Below, one piece after another: positions 22,362 through 33,700 of a stretch of DNA of 45,718 bases. The stretch comes from Elsinoe ampelina (Eukaryota): assembly GCA_010093995.1 (NCBI GenBank), contig ML992537.1:1-45718 (forward strand). Reading direction: 5' to 3'. Position 1 is the stretch's first letter. Each line of letters opens with the position of its first letter. The position numbers and the translations under genes were made by a program. Under the pieces are notes generated by a model that was not told where the DNA came from, made no database searches, and saw nothing but the letters and a program-made list of their open reading frames with translations.

Positions 22362-23633
22362 ATGAGATCTCCCCACCTCACCACGCTCCTGGTAGGCACC
22401 TCCATCGCCCACCTCACTCCCCTAGAAACCACCTGCAACCGAACTTTCCCTTCCCTCTCTGCCCTCAGCGCCAACCGCACCACCATCCCCCCCTCCTGTC
22501 TCCACCCCTACATCCTCACCACCCTCTCAACAACCTACACCACCTCCCTACAAACCTACCGCCACCTCCTCTCCACCTCCCCATCCCTCTTCACCACCCT
22601 CCTCTCCTCCCTCCATTCCCACGTCCCAGCACGAATCACAGACTACCTCCAAACCCACAACAGCACCCAGTTTCTCTGCCTCTGGACATCCCCCTCGGAC
22701 ACCCCCCTCCCCGTCCCTTGCCCTGGTAGATCCACGGCGGAACACTGCGGTACAACAACCTGGACAGTCCCGAACGAGACCCTCTCCCTCTCTACCCTCT
22801 ACGCCTCCTTCGGCGTAACCCCACAATGGGTCAGGAGAGGGGACATCACCTTCCCCGTCCCCCCACCGGCACCGACAGCATCGCCAGCCCGCCCCATGAA
22901 CCGCGGTTTCTGTGAGGTAGAGTGGACCGACTTCCTCCTCCCTTGTCCACCCGAGGACATCTCCCTCGCACCCCCGTTGGGACTGATCGAAGCGGCGCTG
23001 GACACCCACGAGGCGTTTGCGTCACTGCTGGCTTCGACAGCCGAGCAGGTGCGGGAGGGGACGTACCCTTCTTCGCCAGGGGATGCGTCGTCGGCGTTCG
23101 CGCTGCCGGTCGCGATGCTTGTTTCTGCGGCGGTTGATCTCCAGCGAGCGACGGGGGTGGTGCGTCCTACCAGCCAGGAAGAGGGGGCAGAAGGAGGGGG
23201 AGGCGGTGAGTTGGGGTACTGCCAACGCCGGACTGTCCTGGACGGGTTCGCAAAGGCGCTGCTCTTGACGCTGCCTGCCATGGGGCCGATCGCGGCTCTC
23301 CCGCCTCTGGAGCCGTCGTTCTTGCTTTCGTCTGTTGGTCTGGTCGATAGGTCTCCCGAGCCAGGCACTGTGCTTGCTTCCATCGATGTCCTGGCTCGGC
23401 TTGTCTTGCCGCTTAGCCAGACTTGGTGGGGAGGGTATCTTGTTCTCACCTCCGCGGACCAGAGTGAGGGGGGCGGGGCGACGGAGAGGAAGATGGCGCT
23501 GCTGAGAGAGGGGAGGGTGGATGAGGCTGCTGAGGCGGTGGCGGGTACGGGTCAGTGGGAGAGGGAGGGGGTGAGGAGTCTGTTAGAGAGAGAGGTGAGG
23601 AGCGCTGTGGATCTGTTGGGGGTGGTGTGGTGA
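22362..23633 (+). CDS. Putative secreted protein resembling the non-catalytic C-terminal region of large fungal GH18/GH71 enzymes
   Basis: 423-aa ORF with a signal-peptide-like start and Cys pairs. Segments CLHPYILTTLS, TTTWTV...LYASFGVTPQWVRRGD, ISLAPPLGLIEAAL, AFALPVAMLVSAAVDL and hydrophobic FAKALLLTLPAMG. No DxxDxDxE catalytic motif. Confidence 0.6.
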   Translation: MRSPHLTTLLVGTSIAHLTPLETTCNRTFPSLSALSANRTTIPPSCLHPYILTTLSTTYTTSLQTYRHLLSTSPSLFTTLLSSLHSHVPARITDYLQTHNSTQFLCLWTSPSDTPLPVPCPGRSTAEHCGTTTWTVPNETLSLSTLYASFGVTPQWVRRGDITFPVPPPAPTASPARPMNRGFCEVEWTDFLLPCPPEDISLAPPLGLIEAALDTHEAFASLLASTAEQVREGTYPSSPGDASSAFALPVAMLVSAAVDLQRATGVVRPTSQEEGAEGGGGGELGYCQRRTVLDGFAKALLLTLPAMGPIAALPPLEPSFLLSSVGLVDRSPEPGTVLASIDVLARLVLPLSQTWWGGYLVLTSADQSEGGGATERKMALLREGRVDEAAEAVAGTGQWEREGVRSLLEREVRSAVDLLGVVW

Positions 23634-23850
23634 CTTGATTGATGGGATGAGAAGCATTAAGGTAGCAGGAAGCGAGGGACCAGGTGCAATGGCCCGTGAC
23701 AGGATATGGTCGTATAAGAGCTTGGACAGGGGGACGATTGAAGCAGTATGCGAAAGTGTTATGGGCAATGGTAAGGATGAGAGTGTTCAGTAGCTGTTCG
23801 TAATCATAACCCTACCTATCCAATGCACCTTTTCCCAACCTTTAGCACGG

Positions 23851-26364
23851 CTATACCTTTTCCTCATCCTGCGCTCCTGCTTCATCCTCTTCGATTCCAG
23901 CACCCTCATACAGCCCTGCTTTGCTGCCCTTCCTTCCCGCTCCTGGATCCAGCTTCTGGAAGAAGTCCGGCGGGATGGTCGGGATATATCGCCTTGCCCG
24001 CTCTTTGTTCACACCACCGAAGCCAGCTCCATAGGTCACGAGCATATCTGTTGACGTGGGAAGGTGGAATGGTAGGAGTGAGCCGGCATTCAGCAGGATC
24101 TCCGGGCTTTCGTCCTCGAGCTTCTCTGTGCCGATGGAGGGACTGCTTTGTACGGGAGGAGCCGGGGTGCCGTTCGAGGTACCATTGGGTTTGGCAGGTG
24201 TGGTAGGCGTGGGAGGTAGAGATTGGCGCTCGAGTTCTTCTCGCTTGCGTTGGGTATTGAGGTCTTTCTTCTTGTCGCCGACGTATCTGAGAGTCTGCTT
24301 TGGGAGTGTCTTCTCCCCAACTTCGGCGCGATAGTGTCTGACGGCGTGTAGTAGCTGTTTGCTCGTAAGTGTCGGAAGTTGTTGAAGTGTGATGTCTATA
24401 GCCTCGTGATCGGTGCCAAGGGAGGAGAAGCATTGAAGCCACTGCAAAAGCTGCACAACAGGCGCCATATGACGCCTTGCTGCGTCAACAGTGTTCTCCC
24501 CGCTGGCTGTCATGGATCCGCCTTCGTAATGCTCAGGATTACGATTGTTGTTCCGAGCCCAGTCTTCGAGAGTCGATATGTTCATGCGGATCTGCATTGC
24601 TTTGGTCCTTGCCAGAAAGCGCTTGTTGGCCATGATGCGGTTGAAGATCTCAGCAGCCAGCCAATAAAGGAGCTGAGAAAGAGCCTGAGCTGTGATGACA
24701 GAGTGAACATCGTACAGATCGAGAACAAACAGAGTCGATGATAGCAATGAAGTGATATTTCGAGGCGATATTTGTGCTCTCCTCCGCGGTGATGGTGCTC
24801 GTATCCTCTTTTCCAATGGTTCAGGCACTTCTACCTTGGTCTTCTTCCGCAGAAACGACCATTCGTTCTGGAAATGTATATCTTCGAATCCAGGGATCGT
24901 CTCGTGCTCGAGTATCGCACCATCCAGAACCTTGTCCATACGTCGCTCGGCGTCTCGAAGAATCAGAATGTATATCTCGTGTATTTGCTCCGCCATTTGT
25001 GCTTGGAATTGCGGTGTCACCTGTGTAAGGCCAGTATCCTTCTTCAAGTAGTACAACAGAAGTATCGTGTTTGACATCCAGAATGCAAGCATAGTCATGT
25101 CCCATTGATGTCGATCCACAACAGCATAGATCTTCTCCTGTGCGGCGACCAGCCAGCTCGACAGCAACTCCTTGTTGGCATGATAGTGCGCATACCTTGC
25201 GCCCAAGAATATAATGTTTGCCGGTATGGGCTTCTGCGAGGGCGATCTTTGCGGCGTCATGTCCGTTATGATTATGTTCAATATCCGATTAATGTCGTTC
25301 TCTTGGAACACAAACATCTGGTCGTGTAAACACCGGTCCCATACAAACTCTGGTGCTTCAGCAATATCGTCCGGCGACTCTGGTTGCTCATCGATCCCGA
25401 GATTGCCCAAGTCGACTTCGAGGTTTCTTGCGCTTTCCATCATCATTCGTCGCTTCATTTCATTCTCAGCTAGCTCTTCCTCGAACCGATCTTGTGACAG
25501 TCCAGCACTGTAGAAGTCGTCTCCTGCGACACCAGCGCTTCCGATACGGTATCCCGCATCGTGTAGATACTCCAGCATTTCGCTGTCCGGAGGAACAAAA
25601 TCCAGAGCTGTGCGACCGGTGGACGATGTGATCTCTGTCGAAGCTCCATGATCTAATAAGATCTTTGCGATGTCCTTGTGCCGATTCGTCATTGCCCACA
25701 TTAAAGCGGTCCACTGATTCTTATCCTGTTGATCTACCGTAGCTCCTGCATCCAACAGTGCCTGTACCACATCCCGGTGCCCGAAGCAACTCGCATATAC
25801 CAATGGTGGTGTACCTTCAGCATCCACAGCGTTGACCTCGATGTATTTTGCCGCCTTGCCCGTTACTAGTCGGCTCACTCTTGCATCGTCTCCGTTGCTC
25901 GCGGCCATGAATAGGAAGTCTTGCAGCATTTGCTTCCGCTCCGTCTCTGACAGATCTTCATCTGTGAGCACGCCATCTTCCGCAGATTCTGCATTGTCAT
26001 CCTCATCGTTCATCCGTGCCTGCACTGCAAGCATCTGTGCCAGTCGGGCATCATTCTCCGCCAGCTCTTGAGACGTCCTTGCATCATCATCTGGTTCGTT
26101 CAGGGAGAGATTGAAGTTGTTCGATCGCCCCAGTGTCGGCGCTAGGAACTGCGATTGACCCTGCCAGCCGTCGTAGAACTCGGTCTCTCCTCCATACTCG
26201 TAGGTGGGGTTCTGTCGGCGGTCATCGAGGGATCGGGGTAGGTCGGCAGGGAGGTCGCGTGGTCTGTTCCATGTTGCCTCCTCTTCTTCCTCTTCCTCGT
26301 CTATGTTTGGTTCGACCGTGATCTCTGGGGAAGTCTGCTGTGGCTCATGCTCGTTTTGAGCCAT
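23851..26364 (-). CDS. Ankyrin-repeat and Dilute (DIL) domain protein
   Basis: Ankyrin repeats (GTPPLVYASCFGH, QWTALMWAMTNRH, GRTALD) and a DIL domain (QLLYWLAAEIFNRIM...ARTKAMQIRMNISTLEDWAR...QLLQWLQC). Confidence 0.92.
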   Translation of the reverse strand: MAQNEHEPQQTSPEITVEPNIDEEEEEEEATWNRPRDLPADLPRSLDDRRQNPTYEYGGETEFYDGWQGQSQFLAPTLGRSNNFNLSLNEPDDDARTSQELAENDARLAQMLAVQARMNDEDDNAESAEDGVLTDEDLSETERKQMLQDFLFMAASNGDDARVSRLVTGKAAKYIEVNAVDAEGTPPLVYASCFGHRDVVQALLDAGATVDQQDKNQWTALMWAMTNRHKDIAKILLDHGASTEITSSTGRTALDFVPPDSEMLEYLHDAGYRIGSAGVAGDDFYSAGLSQDRFEEELAENEMKRRMMMESARNLEVDLGNLGIDEQPESPDDIAEAPEFVWDRCLHDQMFVFQENDINRILNIIITDMTPQRSPSQKPIPANIIFLGARYAHYHANKELLSSWLVAAQEKIYAVVDRHQWDMTMLAFWMSNTILLLYYLKKDTGLTQVTPQFQAQMAEQIHEIYILILRDAERRMDKVLDGAILEHETIPGFEDIHFQNEWSFLRKKTKVEVPEPLEKRIRAPSPRRRAQISPRNITSLLSSTLFVLDLYDVHSVITAQALSQLLYWLAAEIFNRIMANKRFLARTKAMQIRMNISTLEDWARNNNRNPEHYEGGSMTASGENTVDAARRHMAPVVQLLQWLQCFSSLGTDHEAIDITLQQLPTLTSKQLLHAVRHYRAEVGEKTLPKQTLRYVGDKKKDLNTQRKREELERQSLPPTPTTPAKPNGTSNGTPAPPVQSSPSIGTEKLEDESPEILLNAGSLLPFHLPTSTDMLVTYGAGFGGVNKERARRYIPTIPPDFFQKLDPGAGRKGSKAGLYEGAGIEEDEAGAQDEEKV

Positions 26365-27117
26365 CGTCTAAGTCGTCGTCGTCGTCGATTGTTGGATGAG
26401 CGGGGTCATCATCGTCATTGCATTATGTGGCTATTGAGAATCTCTCGGGACAGCGCGCGGACAAGTTGAATCAGTGTAGCTGGCAGCTAAACGATATATC
26501 CAAGTGTTCAATTAGCAAGGGAAATTGGAACAACAAGGGAGTGTAGACGTTGACAAGTGAGGCTGGTAGTGATGTTGTTTGCTTGTCGGAGCTCCACCAG
26601 GTCAAACTTCCAGTCTGGGCAACAACTTCTCTTCCCATGAACATCCGACAAACACCAAATTTACACGTTCAAAGGCAAATCAGAGGCCTATGTGAATGAA
26701 AGGTTCGAAGCGAACCCTTCACTCATTACAGTAAAGCTGACAAGAACTTTGCAACATGCTACCAGACACAATCACAACGATCCAGATATCTTAATGGTGT
26801 ATCACATGACTGGTAGTGCCTCTTCTCACACCACCAGGTCTGCAAGTGATACTAATATGAAAGGGGCTATCTCACCATCAGATTCTGCTTGTTTCAGTGG
26901 AGTGCACCACCAAATCTGTTTGGACCGTAACGAGTAGGTTTGTGATCAAGTGCGATTACTCTGTATTCTTGGACGATCTATAAGCATTGCGATACGAACT
27001 ATCTATCCGATAAACCTTCTGCTCCTTTGATGCCCGCAAACGACGACTCTGATTCCGCCTCTGGCTCAATATCGATCAACTCCCACCAACTACGCTCCGT
27101 CCCCGGTCCCCGGTCCA

Positions 27118-28022
27118 TCATCTCTTGCTCTCCATCTCCACCCCTCCCCTGCCAAAACCCGCCTCCACTCCGGTCCTTCTCCCTTTCGAGATGCCAGTCG
27201 GGTACCTCCACGCCCATAACACCGTGACTAACCACATCAAAACCGCATCAAAGACATACAGCGGCCACTCAGTACTCAACAAGTACCCATCATTCCCCTG
27301 ACCATACTCAATCAACCTAAACACCGACCTCACCATGATCAGCCCGCTGACACCATACAGCATGCCCATCATGCTCCCCCACGGCACCTCGACATTGAAA
27401 GCAGCAGCAGGCGGCACCCGGTTCATCCTCTTGTGCCACACACCCGCGGTGACGCAGAAGAAACCAAAGATGAGAATCTGAATCACCAGTCCGGCCATGA
27501 TGATGTTGCTCCCCATCTTCATGCTGTTCGACTTGTTCATGACCATGACGCCGGCGCCGCTTGCTTGGACGAGAAAGGAGAAGACGTCGCCCAGGACGAA
27601 GATGAGGGTCATGCGGCGGACGGGGACGATGGAGAGGGAGGAGCCGTCGACGGTGATGATCACTCTCGCGAGCACCATATACACCGACGCCGCCAGCAAT
27701 GCCGGCGCCAGTAGAATGAGAGTCGATTGCATGATATATGGTGGTAGGTCGGCTGTGCGGTTGTGGGCGAGGGCGCGGCCTATGTAGCCGATGGTCTCGA
27801 CTGTGGGGAGGGTCAACTTATGGTAAGGGGTGGGCACAACTGGGTCGTCTTACAAAGGATGCCGACAAGGAAGGGGATGCAGAACCATGTGCGAGTCTTG
27901 ACGAGGCGGAAGGTGAGGTAGGCAAAGGAGAGGGCGAAGAGGATGACGAAGATGGCGGCTGGTAGGACTGAGGGGAGGTAGTGCCAAAGATAGTAACCAT
28001 TGTGAGATTCTAGGACGGCCAT
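27118..28022 (-). CDS. RTA1-like (lipid-translocating exporter family) 7TM protein; exons 28022-27854 and 27800-27118
   Basis: YYLWHYLPSVLPAAIF...VGILF|ETIGYIGR across intron 27801-27853 (GTAAGA...CAG). Also LILLAPALLAASVYMVLAR, FVLGDVFSFLVQASG and RSVFRLIEYGQGNDGYLLSTEWPLYVFDA. Confidence 0.93.
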
Positions 28023-28849
28023 GGCTAGAGGATTAGTGGTGAGATGATCTGGTAGGGGCTGTGTCTGGTAGGCACAGGGAAGAGGTGGGTTGTATACGCA
28101 GGAGATTGATGATGAATATATACAAAAAGTCGACTTGCACGTTTGGAGATACTGTACCGGTGTGTACTCACATCAACATTGAAACCCTGCGAGCATGTAG
28201 ACATGATGCAGTGAGTGGAATCTCTCATCCTTGATTGGCTTGTGAACGACAAGCGAAAACAAGCTTCTTCGAGAAGTCTTCGTATGCAGCAACGTGCGGC
28301 TTATCGGCATGCTTGAGAACGAGAAGTTCGTACCTAGAGCCAATCAGAATGCGAGTATCCCGCGGCCACAGCAAGGCTCCACGAAATCGGTGCTGGCCTC
28401 TCATCAATGCGCTGATTCATCGGGTCTGATTATTCTGCTGCCTGTCGTCGCCAATGCCGTTCATTTGTTCATGTCGGATGGGTGCTTGGCGGCAACAAGT
28501 TCGCGCCGTGTAGTATGGCAAGTGACTTCCAGTAAGTTATCTATCCTCGGATTGCCGACTGACAAAGTTGATCTTGCCAGTGGAGACATTCCATTCATCG
28601 ACAGCGACTTGGCAGGCAGTGCATTACGATCTTGATCAGGAAGGATGGAAGTACTTGATGCACTGCGCCTCCGGTCGTCGTGGTTTAAGGTAGATCACTG
28701 GATATAATATTCCCAAATTTGTGTGACTGCTGCCTGAGGTTCCTTGTCAGCAACAAGCATTTAGGGCAGTCGTGCTCTGATCGGCTCAGGGTGACGATAG
28801 GATCTCGGGAACATTTGATAGAGTTTCATTTAGCGGAGGAGGTTGTGCA

Positions 28850-28989
28850 TGTTGTACTTGGCAAATCGGATCGAGAGACGTGTGTTTCATTCAGAGAGTT
28901 ACAATAACCGATTATCTACTGTGCGTGTGCTGACTCATCGGTACCAGTCCTTTAGTACCAGAGAAGCTGTACCAGCTTGAGTTATAACA
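28850..28989 (-). repeat. 3' LTR of the Copia element
   Basis: Direct repeat of 35518-35657 with 4 transition differences. Abuts the polypurine tract. Confidence 0.97.
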
Positions 28990-29000
28990 CTCCCCCTCTG
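28990..29000 (-). other. Polypurine tract (CAGAGGGGGAG on the minus strand)
   Basis: CTCCCCCTCTG on the plus strand, immediately inside the 3' LTR. Confidence 0.85.
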
Positions 29001-29310
29001 GTATAGATTGTTGAAGCTGAAGAACTGGCCTGTCACATGTGACTAAGGTGATTAGGTTATCACCTCATCTCATATGCTTACTTATGATTGTCAGTTTAAG
29101 CCAATCATTGGTGTTAATTCACCTCTGAATACTTGTGAAAGGTTAGTAACAATGGAAGCCTTTGACAATAGCTAGGCATCCATTGTTCATGTGAATAGTC
29201 TAGCTTATAAATCTCCATCAAAGAAGATATAAATAACCAGCTAGTCTCCTTATGATTTCTCTTTCCTTTATTACACTTACAGCAATAGCCTCCTCTTTTA
29301 CACTAATTTA

Positions 29311-30430
29311 ATAGCTTCTAATACATCAGTTAACTTCTTTAACTATGCTTAACTCCCTTGCATAAGTTCCACTAGGGATAGGGTTGTCCTGACTAAGGCT
29401 TAGATCGTTATTGTCTTTAACATAATAAAGAGAGTTATTAAGTCACGTAGCCTTGTAATTTCTATAAATAGCATCATTAGTGTCTCCTTCTTCCTCTGCT
29501 CTTTAAAGAAGTCTAGAGCGCTTAAGAGACTCTCTAGTCTAGCTTAGACTCCACATGTTAAGGCTTTTACTAATAGAGATAGAGCTTATAATATAGTAGT
29601 TGCTATTAACATAACTAAGGCTAATAAGCTTATTAACATTAGCACTAGGACTTCTACTAACAAGTACTACTTGCTAGCTATCTTAATACATTATGCAAGG
29701 GGTAGAACTATCTATTTAAACCTAACCTGCTGCAATGTTAAGATTGCTAACGGCACTTACATCTTAAAGACTTTCAAGACTTGTATAACGTTCTAGCAGA
29801 TTTATAGAGGTGCCTACACTAACTATATATACCCTAATAAGCGTAACAAGTGTAACTTCTAGTCCTAAACTTCTAAGGATATCTTCTTCTAGAGCTAGGG
29901 TCTCTCCCTAAAGAAGACTACTTAGCCTTTAACTCCTGCTAGTCCATCTACTCTAACTAGTCCCCTAGGTGGTTTATCTTATAGTCGTCGCCCTTCTACT
30001 GCTAGCTTTGCTTCTAGAGTGACTAGAAAGATTTCTATGGACCTAATTAGAGACACTAATGTCCTAAGGCTAAGGCAGGCTAAGGACAAATACTTTATTC
30101 CTACCCTAGCTCTAGCTAGATTCAAGCTATAGGATCCTAGCACTTAGGCTAGATTTGTAGCTAAGTTCAGGGACTATACTAACAATTATGACTTAATCTA
30201 GAGGAAGCTAATAAGGGGTGACAGTGTAGTTAGGCTATAGATGTATAGGTAGGGCTTAGAGCTTAAGGAATAGGAGGGGATTCTAAGGAGCATGTCTAAT
30301 ATAAGCTTGTCTCTAACTCCTGAAGGGACTCTGCCAACTACTAAGTCTAGTAGTAACAAGAGAAAGGGGAAGAAGAGGAGTAGTTCTAAGTCTAACTCTA
30401 AGGGCTCTCCGTAGAAGAAGAAGTAGGCTC
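29311..30430 (+). pseudogene. RIP-disrupted extra ORF antisense to gag-pol, with a DUF3716-like Cys motif (ends approximate)
   Basis: One plus-strand frame reads ...LAILIHYARGRTIYLNLTCC...KTFKTCITF*QIYRGAYTNYIYPNKRNKCNF. Reversing TpA to TpG gives YGGAC(T/A)NC. A Ser/Pro linker and a basic tail KRKGKKRS...KKK follow. Confidence 0.65.
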
Positions 30431-30725
30431 ACTTAATAGGCTATAGTAGGTGGATTAAAGGCGGCCTTAGTGGCTTAGGATAGTGGATAGTAAAGGTGTT
30501 ATAGCAGAGGATAGTAGATTAAGCTTAGGCTTAAGCAGCTAGTAATGTAGTAGAGATAGCTATTTCCTTTCTCTCTTTTTAATAGTGAAGTAGTAAATAC
30601 TACTTATAAGCTTTCAACAAATGAGATAGCTTAATAAGTGTAATAGTATAGCATCATGCTTTAAATAACAATACAAATGAAATCTAAACGAGTGTACAGT
30701 GCTAAAGAGCACCAACTAACTAGCC

Positions 30726-33700
30726 TTATAATTAGTGAAGGATCTTGTTAGGAGACTTAGGCTTAGTAAGTGCATTAGCTAATTACTTAGTTGTGTTAAT
30801 ATACTCTAGCTTGATAGTACTAAGCTTATGTTGCTCCCTATAGTAGTGGTTCCTTAGATTGACATACTTTGATCTTCTTAAGTTAGTGTAATCTTTAGCT
30901 AGCTTAATAGCTGACTTGTTGTTAATAAAGATCTTAACTAGGCTAAGGTTAATGTTAGCAAGGGGCCTAAGTTCAGTAACTAAATTTCTAAGCTAATTAA
31001 CTTCTCTACAGGTCTTAGTTAATGTAAGATACTTAGCTTCTGTGCTTGATAACACTATAACCTTCTAGAGTCTTAACTTCTAGATGATAGGTGTACTAAG
31101 TATATAGATGATAGTCCTAGTAGTTAATCTTAAGGTCTTATTATCACTAGCAAAGTCAGAGTCTAAGTAGGCCTAAATAGTGTTACTAAGGGAGCTATTA
31201 GTCCTCTTAAAGGTAAGGCCATAATTAATAGTCCTATTAATATATCTCTAGATCTACCTACCTGTAACAACATAAGCTACTAAAGGATTTTATAGGAATC
31301 TAGCCAAGTGATTAGTAGTATAGCTAATATCTGGCCTTGTATTGTTAGCTAGATACTATAGCTTACTAATAATCATATTAAACTTCTAATAGTTATTAGC
31401 ATTAACCTAGCCATGATTTAGTCTATAGATCTTGTTAATAGGATACTTAACTATTCTTGTATAGAGAAGGTTATAACCTTTAAGCTTTTCCCTAGCATAG
31501 TATAATTGCTTAATCTTGATTATATCCTTAGTTCTATAGAGTTAGACACTAAGGAAGAGGTTAGAGTTTACAACCTTTATAGGGAATTTGGCATAAAGAT
31601 CTTAAACTAGCTTATTAGCATGTTTCTGCTAAGTAGCAATAATTCTAAAGTTATCTACATATACTAACATAATGCAGAACTTACTAATAAAGAGACATAT
31701 ATTACTCTCTGACCTAGTAAAGCTAAGTAACTTAAGAGCTTTAACAACAGCCTTATACTAGAGAGCTACTGCTTGCTTTAGGCTATAGAGTCCCTTTATG
31801 AGGATAATAAGCTTGTTAGCTAAGTCTTTAATTAGGACTCCCTTAGGGCAGTAGATGTAGTTCTTAAGATTAATGTCTGGCCTAAGGAATACAGTAATTA
31901 CATTAGCTGTTATAATTACCTAGTTGTAATAGAGGGCATATGCAAGAATAACTCTTCTAGTTTCTGCTCTTAGTGTTAGAGTAAAGGTCTTAACAAAGTT
32001 AATGCTAGCTCTTTGTGTAAAGCCTCTAGCTGTCTATCTAGTCTTAAACTTATTAATAGAGCTATCTAGTAGCCTCTTAGTCTTAAATACCTATTTTCTA
32101 GTTATTGGTCTACATCTAGCTAGGGCTTAGGATCTCTTAATGATCTTAAAGGTTCTAGTCTCTATTAATAAGTCAAACTTAGCCTTTATTGCAGCTTTCT
32201 AATGTTTAGCCTTAGGGCTTAAAAGGGCTTCTTTTATAGTTTAAGAGTCTAGCCTAAAGGTATTAGAGGATCTGCCTCTAGTAATAGTAGCAGCATTCCT
32301 AATTACCCTGCTAGAATTGAGTGTTCTATAGTCTATCTAACGATGTAATCTTAGTAATCTTCTAACTAATCTTACTAATAATAGTAGAGGTGATGTTAAT
32401 CTCCTCCTTTTTCTAGTGACAGGAGTTGTATAGAATAGTGTTATAAGTATATTAACATCCTCTATAGTTGTTAGTATAAGTAGTTAGTTAGCCATGTGTT
32501 TAGGTAGGTCATATGTTAAGTAAGACTCTCCTAGTACTTCTAGTAGGAGTATAGTAAGATCTTCTATAATATAATCTTTAGTAGGAGGCTCTAATTAAGG
32601 CTCCCCCTAATCATTAGAGGGCTTAGATTAAGGCTCCTCCTGTTCTTAGATAGGATAAGGTAATTAGAGTAGAGTTTAAGCTTCAACTTAGGGGTTATTA
32701 CTTCCTAAGGAAGGGTCTTTAGCCTAAGTGTTGTGGAGGTCTTATTGAAATTAATAATCTAAGGTTTCTAGATTCTTATAACTGAATTGTGTGTTGTTTT
32801 GTCTAATAAATGTCTGCTCCCCCTAAAGCTGTAAAGCCTTAGGTCTAGCAGTCTATAGATTCTTTGTCCATAGGATATATAGTTGTTTAAGAGGCATATA
32901 AGACTAATCTAGATATGTGAGGTCTTTATTAAATGTAATATAAGGAGTAGTAAAGAACCTGTTCTTCTATTTACCCTTAGTTTAATACTAGTATAGTTGC
33001 TATATCAGATAGTTAGTAGTAGAATTTCTTTGTATTCTAACATGCTATCTAAGCTAAGCTCTTGCTTAGAACTTGTATAATCTTAGGACATTATAATTAT
33101 AGACATATACTCTATATCTAAAGCGTCTAATGTGTGATACTAAGATAGGATTAGTAGTAATCTTCAGGTCTTTATTAAGGACCTAGAGTAGTATCTTCTT
33201 AGTTTTAGTGTAAGTAGTTCTATTAATGACATAGATAGCAAATTTAATAACCAGATTCCAGAATTCTAGGGGAATCCTATAGTCAATAAAGATGTATCTT
33301 GTCCTTATAATAACAACCTTATTAGTTGATTCTACTCCACTATTCTAGTAGTGGGTATATAGTGATAAGATATTCTATCTCTAAGTATAATACTAGATCT
33401 GTGCTCTAAGCTTAAGGCTAGAGAATTCACTACCTCTATTAGATATCTAGATAAAGGACACCTTATTATAGGCATTCTTATTGTATATATAAGTATACTC
33501 AATGAACTTGATTACTTTATCCTTAGTCACAAGGGGACTAAAGCTCTTAAAGTTACTCTTTCTATAGGTTATAAAGATGTTATACCTATAGCCTTAATAT
33601 GACTGTGGTTTAATTAGCCTAACTAGGTTAATATAAAGCTTATCTAGTAAGTAAGCTAGTAGTGTTCTTAGTTCTCTTAACACAACTCGTTATACCTTTA

